DNA of 64,000 nucleotides from an uncultured Actinomycetes bacterium (GTDB lineage Bacteria > Actinomycetota > Thermoleophilia > RBG-16-64-13), in contig CAWEJM010000018.1 of assembly GCA_963809395.1 (NCBI GenBank), positions 128,275-192,274 on the forward strand, written 5' to 3'. Positions within the stretch are counted from its first letter, which is position 1; every line of letters begins with the position of its first letter. The position numbers and the translations under genes were made by a program. The notes below the pieces were generated by a model, which saw only the letters and a list, made by a program, of their open reading frames with translations, did not search any database and was not told the DNA's origin. Positions 1 to 11,090 of the stretch are shown piece by piece.

Positions 1-456
1 GATCCCGCCCAGCCCGTCGTCGGTGCCGGGAGTGTCGTTGTTGAGGTGGATGTAGAAGTAGTCGTTGCCGTCGTCACCGCGCAGCAGGATGTTGTAGTAG
101 GGAAGGTTGTTGTAGCTGGAGAGCTTGCCGGTGAGGTTGAGCCAGTCGACCGTGCCGTCGACCACGGCCAGCAGGGGCGTCATCTTCGGCGCCATCAGGT
201 CGTTGCCGGCGTGGGTGCGGCCGCCCGAGCGCGCCGCGCCGAAGGTGTCGGTCCAGGTGATGCGGTTCTCGAGCGGGAAGAGGATCGGCACCACGGCGGG
301 CGCTCGCGGTCGCCGCAGGCTGCAGTCGAGACGGCAGCCGTCTCCGCGGAGCCGCGGGCCACCGGGAAGACGAGGAGGGAGAGAGCGACCGACCAGCAGA
401 ACCGCCGCCACCCAGATGGGAGGGCGAAGCTTCCGTCTGCCCGGAAGCGGCGCCAC
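1..456 (-). CDS. M23/LytM-family metallopeptidase. N-terminal part only; the gene runs off the window start.
   Basis: A minus-strand frame open to position 1 reads VVPILFPLENRITWTDTFGAARSGGRTHAGNDLMAPKMTPLLAVVDGTVDWLNL...YFYIHLNND. THAGNDL is an HxGxD-type M23 motif. The N-terminus has a basic then hydrophobic stretch (RRKLRPPIWVAAVLLVG). GTG at 456 is a guessed start. Confidence 0.6.
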   Translation of the reverse strand, partial: MAPLPGRRKLRPPIWVAAVLLVGRSLPPRLPGGPRLRGDGCRLDCSLRRPRAPAVVPILFPLENRITWTDTFGAARSGGRTHAGNDLMAPKMTPLLAVVDGTVDWLNLTGKLSSYNNLPYYNILLRGDDGNDYFYIHLNNDTPGTDDGLGGI

Positions 457-527
457 GGAAGCCCCCCGGCGGCTGCGCCAGGTGTCTTTCCTTGTGGGTG
501 GATCCTGTCGCGGCCATAATTCTCTAC

Positions 528-2165
528 CTACCTGCTTACGCCGTCGGCCGGATTTCTCCTGTCGCTCGGCGATCCGCCACCTGCCGGCTCGTTACCCGCT
601 GGGGTCTGTCCGGCGGGCCGCCGCGCCGTCCGCTTGAGGACCGCGCGCAGCATATCGGTTATTTCGGCAAGCTCGGGCATTTTAACAAGCCTGGACACCA
701 ACAGGAAGACGCCGGCCCCCACCACCACCCCCACGACCACCCGCACGGCGTTGCCCCCGGTGGTCGCCGGCATGGCCCCGGAGAGGAAGTGATCGACGGT
801 CCACACCACCGCTCCCATCACCGCCGAGACCCCGGCCACCCGGAGCAAAGAACTGAAGGTCCTCCCGAAACCCACCGGTCCGATCTTGCGCCTCAGCAGC
901 CAGATGAGCACCACGAAGTTGATCGTGAGCGCCACGGTCGTCCCCAGAGCGAGGCCGCCCACTCCCAGGAACTGCATGAACAGGTACGACAAGCCGACGT
1001 TGATGACCACCGTGGCCACGCTGATCTTCACCGGCGTACGGGTGTCGTGATAGGCGTAGAAGACCCGGGTGAGCGTGTCCCGGCCGGCGTAGACGTAGAG
1101 CCCCAGGCACAGGAAGAGAAGCGCCCATGCGGTGCGGGTGGTGTCGGCGGCGGTGAACTTCCCGTGCTCGAGGATCAGGCCGATGATGCGGATAGCGCAG
1201 CAGGATGATGCCCACCGTGGCCGGCACCAACAGAAAGCCCATGAGGCGCAGGGAGAAGTTGACGGTGGCCTTGACCCGCTCGGGAGCATTGGCGGCCACC
1301 TGCTCCGAGAGGAGGGGGAAGATGGGGACCGTTATCCCGGCGACGAACAGCCCCAGGGGGAGCTGGAAGAGCTTTTCGGCGTAGCTGAGGCTGGAGATGG
1401 ACCCCACTGCCAGCATGGAGCCCAGGATCTGGTCGCCGAAGATGCTGATCTTGCCCACCGCCGAGCCGATGAGGATGGGCCAGACCATGGCCCCCACCTC
1501 GCGCACGCCCGGGTCGTGCCAGTCGATGCGGGGACGGTAGCGGATACCCTGGTCGCGTAGGCCGGGGAGGAGCACGGCCAGCCCGGCGACCGATCCCAGC
1601 ACGCAGCCGATGGCCAGCGCGGTGATGCCCAGACTGCGGGCGAAGGCGACGGTGATCACCAGGGTCACCACGGTGCCCACCGCCGGGAGCGAAGGCGGCC
1701 AGAGCGAAGCGCCGCAGCGAGTTGAGCATGCCGACGACGAGGCCGGCGAGTCCCGTCGAACACGAAGCCGATCATGAGGATGCGGAAGAGGAAGACGGCC
1801 CTTGTCCGCCGTGGCGGCCGTGAAGCCGAAGCCTATGAGGGGGATGATCCACGGCGCCAGAACGACGAACACGACCGATGACCACGATCAGCACCACGCA
1901 GATGATGTTGCCGATGTTGACGGAGAGGTCCCAGGCCTCCTTCTTGCGCCCGGTGGCCAATCGGTAGCTGAACAGGGGCACGAAGGTGGCGGTGAGCGCG
2001 CCGGCCACCATGAGCACCAGCAGATAGGGGATCTTGTAGGCAAGGAAGAAGGCGTCGGTGTCGGCCTGGGCGCCGAAGAAGTAGGCCACGACGACGTCGC
2101 GCACCAGCCCGAGAAGCCGGCCCACCAGGGTGGCGCACGACGATGATGAGCGCGGCCTTGCCCAC
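528..2165 (-). CDS. murJ: Lipid II / glycopolymer flippase MurJ (MviN), split by at least 3 frameshifts.
   Basis: Three ORF fragments carry consecutive MurJ segments. 1772-2302: LVGRLLGLVRDVVVAYFFGAQADTDAFFLAYKIPYLL. 682-1872: WPILIGSAVGKISIFGDQILGSMLAVGSISSLSYAEKLFQLPLGLFVAGITVPIFPLLS. 528-1289: RVFYAYHDTRTPVKISVATVVINVGLSYLF. Start is GTG 2165 (MGKAALIIVV...) or ATG 2275. Confidence 0.85.
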
Positions 2166-2341
2166 GACCGAGCGGACCGAACGGCCGGGGTCGGGCGGAG
2201 AAGCCGGCCGGCGGGACCAGCCGGCGAGGCCGGTCGCGGCCGGCGGCTGACCGGCGTCGGAGGCGTCCGGCTCATCCGCCGTCCCGCTGCCGGCGGAGCC
2301 ACGACAGGCGGCCCCGAAAAGGCGCCCGGCCGGCGGAGCCG

Positions 2342-3543
2342 TCAGATGGACGTCCGGTTTGCGGGAGGCTGACTGGGAGGCCAGCTGCACGGCCAGTCGC
2401 GCGGTCCGGCCGGCCTCGGCGCGGAGGGGCGCGACCGCGCGCGCGAGCGCCGCGCGTCGCGCCGGCAGGGTGGCGGCGGTCTCCATGATGGCCGCGACCA
2501 GGGCCGCGACGCCCGGCCGCCGCGCCCTCCAGGTCGTCGACGTCACGGCCCACGGGTCTGCCCGGTCTGGGCGGCGAAGGCCCGGGTCTTGGGGTCGTAG
2601 TCGATGATCACCGCCGGGGTGCCCGCGGTGGCCGCCAGGATGCCGCTGTGGAGGCGCATGGCCACCACCAGTTCGGCGCCGCCCAGGATCGCGGCCAACA
2701 GGGCGGGGGAAGTCACCGGGGGGAGAGAGCGGGCGCGGCCGGCGAAGCCCGGCCGCGCCGCCAAGGTCTCGCACACCGGCGGGTCTTGGACTTCGTGGAA
2801 GCGGCACCAACACGATCTCCAGGTCCAGAGCGGCCCCCACCTTCTCCAGCGCCTCCCCCAGGCTCTCCAGATAGCCGGTGCGCCCCAGCCAGGGCCGGGG
2901 ACAGACGGCCAGGTACCGCGTCCCGGGCGCCAGACCCGGAGCGGGCCAGCTCGGCCTGCGCCTCCTCCGCCGGAGCCGGCTCCAGAGCGTAGGCCGGATC
3001 GGGCACCACCAGTTGCACCGGAGCCCGCACGCCCACCTCGTAGGCCAAGCGGGCGGAGTCCTGGTCGCGCCAGGTGACGACCTGCGAGGCGGAGCCCGCC
3101 CCGGCCACCAGGCGCCGGGCCGAGCGGGTGTGGAGCGGTCCCAATCCTTGCGCGTACCACATGACCGGCAGACCCGGCGGCTCGGGCCATGAGGACGACC
3201 GAGAGGAAGTACGGCACCGGCCGGAGCTTGCCTTCGCGGAAGAGGAACGAGCGGCCGTACAGCTCGAAGTCGGCTTCGTGCAGGAAGCTGCCTCCGCCGC
3301 TGATGAGCAGATCGGCGGCCTTCATGGCGGCCCGCAGGCGGGCCGGGGAGCGCAGGCTGGTGGAGATGGCCTCCAGGTCGCGCCCGGTCGCCGTGCCGGC
3401 GCTCGGTGTCCTCGGGATCGAAGGAGAGCACGGTGAAGCGGGCCTCCGGAGTCCCGACGGCCGATCTCCTGCAGGATGCCGGCCAGGATGGCTTCGTCCC
3501 CGGCGTTCTTCTCGCCGTAGTAGCCGCTGATGAGGTATCTCAA
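2342..3543 (-). CDS. csaB: Polysaccharide pyruvyl transferase CsaB, frameshifted. The first in-frame stop at 2543 is probably artefactual.
   Basis: TTG start at 3543 gives MRYLISGYYGEKNAGDEAILAGILQEIG. Further segments: ADLLISGGGSFLHEADFELYG, MWYAQGLGPLHTRSARRLVAGAGSASQVVTWRDQDS, and LVVAMRLHSGILAATAGTPAVIIDYDPK. A helical tail (ALVAAIMETAATLPARRAALARAVAPLRAEAGRTARLAVQLA) continues in another frame down to about 2342. Confidence 0.8.
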
Positions 3544-4451
3544 GCGACGCCGCCCGGTCCGTCGCCGCGCCGGGCCGCCCGTCCGGGCGTCGCCGTCCGG
3601 CACGCGGGCGCTTCGCGCCCGCGCCGCGCCCGCCCCCGGCGCGGCGGTCCGTAGTCGTCGGGAGACCAGCGCACCACCTGCGCGGCGTACCGAGGAAGGG
3701 CCGAGCTGCCGCCGCAACCGGCGAGGGTCCGCCGCCAGCCGGTACAGCCACTCCACCTTGGCCCGCTGCGTCCACGCCGGCGCCCGCTTGACCGTCCCGG
3801 CCCACACGTCGAAACTGCCGCCCACTCCCAGGCCGACGGCCGCCCCCAGCTCGGTCGCGGTGACGGAAGAGCAGCATCTCCTGCCGGGGCGCGCCCATGG
3901 CCACCAGGAGGATCCGGGCCCCGGACTCCCGGACGGCCTGCACCACTTCGTCCTCCTCGGCCGGAGGAGAAGTAGCCGTGGTGGGTCCCGGCGATGCGCA
4001 GACCCGGGCAAGCGCTCGACCTGCCGGCGGGCGGCCTCCTCGGCCACCCCGTCGGCCGCTCCCAGGAAGTACACGGGCAGGCCCCGCTCGGCGGCCAGTT
4101 CGAGCACGCGCTGCGGCCAGGTCGATGCCGGCGACCCGCTCGGGCGCGCCCGGCCGCGGCGCCGCCGTCGGCGGTGCCCGCCGGCCGCGCCGGGCCGGCC
4201 GCGCGGCCGCGCGCCCTGCCGGCCGGCCGCCCACACGGCGCCGACCCCGTCCGGATAGCAGAGATCGGCATTCAGAAGCGCTTCGGCCGCGGCCGGGTCG
4301 TGCTGCGCCCGCATCGACCAGTTCGGGATTGAACGAGACGGCGCATGCGCGTGCGTGCCGGCCGGGCGATCGCCGGCTCGCTCGGCGGCCGCGGCGATGA
4401 CCCACTGGGCCGCCTGCTCGAGCGTGACCACGTCGAGGGGAAACCCAGCAC
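3540..4451 (-). CDS. WecG/TagA/CpsF-family (GT26) glycosyltransferase, frameshifted.
   Basis: Segments across frames: LGFPLDVVTLEQAAQWVI, VSFNPELV, ADLCYPDGVGAVWAA, LPVYFLGAADGVAEEAARRQVERLPG, IAGTHHGYFS, EEDEVVQAVRESGARILLVAMGAPRQEMLLF, GVGGSFDVWAGTVKRAPAWTQRAKVEWLYRLAADPRRLRR. The stop overlaps the csaB start as TTGA at 3540-3543. Confidence 0.8.
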
Positions 4452-5814
4452 CGAGAGCGACGGCCAGGCCGCGGCCGCGTGGCCGACCGGCTGGGCGGCC
4501 GCAAGGGGGCCGCCGTCGGCGGCGGCGCCTCCGGTCGCGCGGCAGCCGCCGGCGTCCGCCGGCGACGTCGCGCGGCCGCCGCCCGCGCGGTAGACTTCCG
4601 CGTAGGCGGCCGCGGCCCGCAGGTGCGAGTGGTTCTCGACCACGTAGTCGCGGGCGGCGCGCGGCCATGCGGGCACCCAGTTCCGGGGCGGCGGCCAGCC
4701 GCAGGATGGCCGCCGCCAGCGCCTCGGCGTCGGCCGGCACCAGCAGGCCCGTCTCGCCGTCCACCACCATCTCGGCCAGGCCGCCCACGTCGCCCGCGAT
4801 CAGGGGCCGGCCCGACGCCATGGCCTCCAGCGCCGAGAGCGAGGTCGCTTCCTCCACGTTCTCCGAGTGCACCGACGGCACCAGCACGATGTCCGCCAGG
4901 CGGTAGAGTTCGAGGATGGCGTCCGGACCCTGCCCGCCCAGGAGACGGACATTCTTCTCCAAATGATTCTCCCGGACGATGCGCTCTATCTCCTCCCGCT
5001 CGCCCCCTTCGCCGGCGTGGAGCAGCAGAAAGCGGTCGCGGTCGGCCGGCCCCATGGCGGCCAGGGCCAGCGAGGGATAGATGACGCCGTTCTTCTTCAC
5101 CAGCCGGCGGGGGCAGAGCAGCACGATCTTGTCCTCGGGGATCTCCCACGCGAGCCCGCAGTTCGCGCCGGAGGTCGCTCCTCTTCGGCGGGATCGTCGG
5201 AGGGCGCGAAGGCCGAGGTGTCGACGAAGTTCATGAGGGTGTAGACGGAATCGGCCCGCTCGGGGACCAGCCCCAACGCGTGCCGGTAGAGCCGGGTGTC
5301 GACGGTGACGATGGCGTCGGCCAGGCGAAGGGCCCGCATCTCGGCCCGCATGAGGTAGTGGAGACCCATCCGGGAGGCGGTGCTGTAGCCCTCGGATACC
5401 GACTCGTAGAGCGGGTAGCCGTGCAGGGTCAGCACCAGCGGCAGGCCGTACTCGTCGGCCACCGGGCGAAGATGGGGGATGGAATAGACCTCTTGGGCGT
5501 TCAGCACCTCCCAGGGGCGCCGGCCGGTCCGCGCGCGCCGCGCGAGTTCCCGCGCGGTGGCGCGCAGGCCGAGCAGACGGCGCCCGGGCTCTCGGCCGAG
5601 TACATCATCCCCCAGCCGGTCCGCAGCCGGTTGAGCGCCCCGGCCGGCCAGATCAGCCCGGCTTTGCGCAGCGGTGCCGGGCATCGTGGCCCCCAGATAG
5701 AAGGGCCGGGCCTCGTGCCCGAGCTCCTCCAACCCCCGGGCCAGCATGGCGATGTGCGTGCTCGTGCCCGCCGATCTGGCCGGGGTCGCGCATGGTGGGA
5801 AGGAGGATCCTCAT
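4452..5814 (-). CDS. GT4-family (group 1) glycosyltransferase, frameshifted. The 3' end is undetermined.
   Basis: The ATG at 5814 overlaps the upstream stop as ATGA. N-terminal domain: MRILLPTMRDPGQIGG..IAMLARGLEELGHE...LVLTLHGYPLYESV. C-terminal domain: VLVPSVHSENVEEATSLSALEAMASGRPLIAGDVGGLAEMVVDGETGLLVP. The domain ends near 4575, with no stop codon before the GT26 domain. Confidence 0.75.
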
Positions 5815-7089
5815 CGGTCTCGTACCGTCCGTTTCCACGTCGCGCGCGCCAGGGCCTCCTCCACCAGGACGCGATATCTCCTCCACCCGATGGTCCCAGG
5901 TGTTCTCCGCCGCCAGCGCCACTCGAGCCGCCCGCTCCTCCGGTCCGTCTTCGGCGATGGCCCGCCGCACCAGCTCCGGGATAGTCCTGGGGCCCGTCGG
6001 CGACCCCGATGGTCCCGTCGAAGCGGTGCAGTTCGGGCAGACCGCCCACGACCACCGGCAGCCCCGCGGCCAGGTACTCGAAGAGCTTCAGGGGAAAGAT
6101 GTTCCGCGTCAGTTCGTTGGCCTTGTAGGGCACGAGGGCGACGGCCAGCCCCTTGAGATAGCCCGGGCAGCTCGGCCCGGGGCTTCTCGCCCAGAAGATG
6201 GATGTTGGGGTGCCGGCGGAGCCGCGCCTCGTCCACCTGGCCGGGCTTGACCGGACCGATGAGCACGATCTGCCAGGAGGCGTCGGCCCGGGCCAGGGCC
6301 TCGAGCGCGTCGACGTCCAGCCGGGAGTCGTGGAGGCCCACCACACCCAGGCGCGGAGCGGGGATGGCGACAAGATCGGCGGGGAGGGGCAGTTCTGGGT
6401 CGAGGGCCCGGTTGAAGATCTCCACGTCGGCGGCGTTGAGCACGGTGTGGGTGTGCGGGTTGAGCGGCAGCGCGCGAGCGTCGCAGGTTCTCCGAGGTGG
6501 TGATGACCAGATCGGCCCGGCGGGTGAGCTCGTCGTCGTAGCCCTTGACTACCTCGGGAGTCGACGAAGCCGGGGAAGGCCGAGTGCTCGTCGACGCAGT
6601 GATAGACCACCAGGGAGGGTGCCGGCCGCCGAGCCGCTCGCGGCCGCGCCGCGGCGTGCCGCGGCCGGCCGCGGCCTGCACCATCGCGGCCGACGCCCCA
6701 GCCGGTCGAGCAGACGCCACCGAGGTGGGCAGATAGGTCCAGAAGATGTACTCCTCGTCGAACTAGAGGCGTCTCCATGGCCCAGCGGACGTACTGGGCC
6801 AGCACCGCCTGGTTCGCGCGGTTGACTCCGGCCTCATGTTCCCGAACGGGAGCAGCGGAGGCGGGGTGAGCGTCCACAGACCGGCGTCGACCCGCTCCAG
6901 CCGCGGAGCCACCGCCGCCCAGCGACGCCAGCGGGCCGGGACCTTGAGCGGCGCCAGCATGGTGACCGGCTCCTCCACGTACAGCACCCGGTTGGTCTGC
7001 GCCAGCCGGTGCATGATCTGCTGCTTGCTGGTCCACATCGCGCCCCAGTCGAGCGACGAGATGCAGACGATGTCTTTTCCGCGAAGCAT
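5811..7089 (-). CDS. Glycosyltransferase, group-1 fold, TuaH-like, frameshifted.
   Basis: N-terminus: MLRGKDIVCISSLDWGAMWTSKQQIMHRLAQTNRVLYVEEPVTMLAPLK. C-terminal domain: IVLIGPVKPGQVDEARLRRHPNIHLLGEKP..LPGYLKGLAVALVPYKANELTRNIFPLKLFEYLAAGLPVV. Confidence 0.7.
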
Positions 7090-7110
7090 GTGAGACCTCT
7101 CTCGTCCGGG

Positions 7111-8350
7111 CTAGAGCAGCTCGCCCCGGGCAGCCAGACAGCGCTCGTAGGCGCGGAGCGTTCGGCGGCCGTCCGCTCGACCGTGAACTGGTCGCGCACG
7201 CGCCGGGCGCCGGCGGCGCCCATGCGGGCGCGCAGCTCCGGGTCGTCCAGCAGGGCGGCGGCGCGCTCGGCCAGCGCAGCGGCGAGCGCGCCCCGCTCCT
7301 GGTCGCGCGTCACCACGTAGCCGGTCTCGCCGTCCACCACCGCCTCGGCCACCCCGCCGGCGGCCGTCGTCACCACCGGTAGGCCGGCCGCCATGGCCTC
7401 GAGCACCGACATCGACACTCCTCCTTCGAACACCGAGGTGACCAGATACACGTCCAGTCCGGCCAGCACCGGGCCGACGTCGTCCAGCCGACCGGTGAAG
7501 CGCACCACCCCATCCAGCCCCAGCGCTCGTCGCCACGCCCTTCCAGCCGCTCGCGTTCCGGTCCGTCGCCCACGATGACCATCTCCACCTCGGGATGCGT
7601 TCGGCGCAGCAGCCCGCCACCTCCAGCATCAGGTCGATGTCCTTCACCGCGCACCAGCCGGGCCACGGTGCCGACTCGGGCCTCGCGGCGCGCCGGCGTC
7701 CGGTGCGACCGGTCGGGCCGGCGCGGCGTCCGCCCCGTCGCGCTCCGGCGCAGCCGCCGCCGGCGTCTCGAGCCCCGAGCGTACCGTGATCAGCCGCTCT
7801 GCCGGATAGCCCCGCTCGATCGAGCAGCGCGCGCAGACCGTCCGACACGCAGATGACCGTGTCGACCCAGCCCAGCGTGGCCCGGTCGAGACCCTGGTAG
7901 AGCCGGGCCAGGTGGGCGGAGGCGTAGTCGAGCCGCAGGTCGGAGTGGACGGTCGTGAAGAGGCAGGGCCGGCCGGCGCAGGCCGCGCATCGCCAGTCGC
8001 ACCGGCAGATTGGCGCGCATGCCGTGGGTGTGGACGACGTCCCAGCGGGCCGCGCGTCGCGGCGTCCGGCCGCGTCGTGCGCGCCGCCGGTCCGGCGGCC
8101 GCCGGCCCGCCGGCGAGCAAGGCGCCGCAGGGGCCGCAGCACCCGAGGGATCCCACGCGCGGCTCATGGGGAGCACGGAGACCGACAGCCCCCGGCGCCG
8201 GGCTTCGTCGGCCAGCCCACCCTCACCCAGGCAGAGCAGGTGCACGTCACAGCCCGCCCGCTCCAGCGCAGACAGCAGCGGCAGCAGGTGGCTCATGGCT
8301 CCGCCGGTGTCGCCGCCCCCGATGACGTGCAGGACGTGCAGCGTTCTCAC
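7111..8350 (-). CDS. GT4-family glycosyltransferase, frameshifted.
   Basis: N-terminus: MRTLHVLHVIGGGDTGGAMSHLLPLLSALERAGCDVHLLCLGEGGLADEARRRG. C-terminus: DVYLVTSVFEGGVSMSVLEAMAAGLPVVTTAAGGVAEAVVDGETGYVV. A GGGAGGAG Shine-Dalgarno lies ahead of GTG 8350. Confidence 0.8.
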
Positions 8351-8408
8351 GCGCTCCTCCCTGAGGCGTCCGTCCGCTGCCGGCCCGGAGCGTCCGCGCG
8401 GCGACCCC

Positions 8409-10352
8409 TCACTGCAGCGCCGCCGACGTCGCCAGGCCGGCGAGGAACCAGAACCCCACCCCCACCACCAGGGTCTCCCACACGCTGGCGGTCACGTTGG
8501 CCACCGCCACCGCGACGAAGGCCCCGAAGACGCCGGCGGTGAGCGCGCGCAGATAGGGGTCGCGGCGTCATCCCGTGGCCCTTGACCAGCCCCTTGGCCG
8601 CCCCGCAAGAGGATCCACAGGAAGAAGGCCAGGAGGAGCAATCCTCCCTCGGCCCCCAATTGGAGGTAGAAGTTGTCCACCCACAGCCGCCCGTAGCCGA
8701 ACGTGACCGCGCTGGTGCCCCCGAAGGTCCCCAGACCCAGCCCGAACCAGGGATGAGCGACGATATACTGCAGCGCCATCTTCCACACGTAGAGCCGCCC
8801 GGCCTCCATGCTCTTGGTGATGTAGGCGGAACTGAAGGCGAACGTCAGCCGGTCGATGAACGGCCTGCGGCGCCACGAACCAGCCCACCACGCCGACGGC
8901 GACGAGCGGCGCCAGGTAGCGCCGGTAGGCCATGATGAGGAGCGCCAGGATCCCCGCCCCCAGACCGAGCCAGGCGCCCCGGCTGAACGTCACCGCCACC
9001 CCGCCCAGTTGGACGACGCACGCCGCGGCCATGCGCAGCCGTGTGGAGCCTGCGCAGACCTCGAGCCAGAGCCAGGCTCAGCGAAACCAGCGTCCCCATC
9101 AGCAGGAACGCGCCCAGACCGTTGGGGTTCTCGATGATGGAGTAGGCGCGGGTACCGATGTCGGTCTCGCGCACGTCCACCCAGCGGGCCGGCATGGGGG
9201 CGTGGGTCACGTACTGATAGAGCCCGTGGAGGGCCAGAGCCACGCTGGCCAGCACGAAGACGGCCACCGCCCACTGCACCCAGCGCTTGTTCTTGGGAAA
9301 GAGGAAGCCCAGGAAGTAGAAGAGGAGGGGCTGGAACAAGACCCGCAAGGCAAACAAGGCCACGTCGCCGGGAACGTCGCGCACCACCACCGAACCGATC
9401 GCCGCCGCCAGGGCCAGCAGGGTGGGAAGAGCGATGGGCACGGTCCAGAGCTCCCAGCGGCGGAGCACGATCACGCACCACAGCAAGACCGCGATGGAGA
9501 GGATCAGGAAGGCGTCGTCCCAGGCCGGACCGAAGCCGCCCAAGGTGCGGCGAGCCACCCAATCCAGCCACGGGAAGGCCGCCACCGCCAGAAGCATCAC
9601 TTCCGGCCGCCAGAGCACGAGCAGCGAACGCACCCGCGGCCACGCACCAGAACCACGAGGACCACCGCGCCCGAAGCCGGGGGTCAGGCCGGCCACCGCT
9701 CCACCGCAGCCAGCGCCAGGACTACCGCCGCACCCAGGAAGCCGCCCAGACGGCGCCAGGAGACGCGCTGGAGCGGCCCGTCCTGCGCCGGTCGTACGGC
9801 AATCTACCGCGATGCCCCCACCTCGGAGACACCCGCCAGCCGACGGCCTCGCCCACCGATCAGACTCGCCCGAAAGGCAGGGATCAACGTGGGCCCGGCC
9901 AGAAGAGTCAGCGCCCCGATCAGTATGAGGACGACGGGCGTCACCAGCCCCAGCTCCGGGGCGCCGGAGCCGGTCAGCGGTGCGCACCAACCGCCCACAG
10001 CCCAGGGCGAAGATCCCGCTCCCGGCGACCACCACCCAGCGGCCGCCGGCGAACTGCGAGTGAGCGGCCCCTGCTCCGCCGGCCCGCACGGCCCGCCCCA
10101 CCGCGCCGCCGCCCAGCGCGGCGCGCGCCCACAGGTACGGCCGAGAGATGGCCAGAGACGCTCAAAGGATGGCCGCGGCGCCCCAGGCGCCGCGACCCTA
10201 CGTGGCGTAGCCCAAAGGTCGCGCTGCCCCCGAACAGCCGAACCAGCACTCTGGCCAGCGCGAGGAGGAACCGGCCCACAAGTGAGCACCGAGCCGCCGC
10301 CCCGATCCACGAGGGCGGCCCGGTAGAAAAGCGAACCCTCGACAGCCTTCAT
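8409..10352 (-). CDS. Polytopic O-antigen ligase / polymerase-like (Wzy_C family) membrane protein, frameshifted.
   Basis: Many hydrophobic segments. Wzy_C-like core: YSIIENPNGLGAFLLMGTLVSLSLA and RLYVWKMALQYIVAHPWFGLGLGTFGG...VDNFYLQLGAEGGLLLLAFFLWILL. The C-terminal TM tail ends ...FWFLAGLATSAALQ with the stop at 8409. Confidence 0.65.
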
Positions 10353-10398
10353 GGCCGCGTCGCCGTCATGATGTGGGCCCCTTTCAGGTCCAGGCCCG

Positions 10399-10899
10399 CT
10401 ACTTGACCGCCCCCGCGCCCCGCTCCACGTTCGTGATCTCCGTCTGGAGCTTGTTGTCGCCCACCAACAGGATCACCTTCTCATTCTTCGCCAGGAGTGT
10501 GCTGCCGATGCGCACGTTGGCTCCTGAGACCCGAGCCTCACCCGTCACGACTATGTCCACGTCGCTGAAGACGGGGGAATCGAAGGCCTTGAGCTCTCCC
10601 TCGGGCGTCAAGAACTCCTCCAGGGTGGGGTTGACCGAGATAGGGGCTGCCACTTTCCCCAATACCGTCCCCCCGTCATCCCGGACGACGGCGCCCGTCT
10701 GGAGTGTAGGGATAGCCACCTGCCTTATGGCTTTGACGGTGTAGGTGACGCGCACCGCCACGGTGGTCGCGCTGCTGCCCGTCATGCGCATGACGGCGAA
10801 AGCGACCACGGCTATGATGACGAGGAGCACGAGGATGTCGACGACGTTCACCTTGCCGAAGATGCGCCCTCGCTCGTCGAGAAAGCGGCTCATCGCCAC
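10399..10899 (-). CDS. DUF4330-family membrane-anchored protein, intact.
   Basis: Single 166-aa ORF. The N-terminus RFLDERGRIFGKVNVVDILVLLVIIAVVAFAV is typical of DUF4330. First gene of the minus-strand glycopolymer cluster. Confidence 0.6.
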   Translation of the reverse strand: MAMSRFLDERGRIFGKVNVVDILVLLVIIAVVAFAVMRMTGSSATTVAVRVTYTVKAIRQVAIPTLQTGAVVRDDGGTVLGKVAAPISVNPTLEEFLTPEGELKAFDSPVFSDVDIVVTGEARVSGANVRIGSTLLAKNEKVILLVGDNKLQTEITNVERGAGAVK

Positions 10900-11090
10900 C
10901 GTCCTTCTAGATAGTCGTATCGGCGGACCGAACCTCCCGAATTCTATCGGAATAGCCTAGCGCTGCCTACTGCGGGCCGCCGCCGCCCTGCTTGCTCTTC
11001 CCCCGGCCCTGGGCTAGAGTCCCAGAATAGAGTTCGCCGAACCCCGAGACAAGGAGCGCTTGCCAGGCGTGAGCGGCCGCCTGCCGCACC

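Noticed and set aside
2543-5149. Very long ORFs: 868 aa at 2543-5149 (-), 600 aa at 3322-5124 (-), 464 aa at 8932-10326 (+), 650 aa at 58761-60713 (-) and 673 aa at 51249-53270 (-).
   Set aside because: These arise because stop codons are rare in very GC-rich DNA. Their translations are Arg/Gly/Pro/Ala-rich low complexity, except where they pass through a real gene's frame. They splice several genes or run antisense to recognisable genes.
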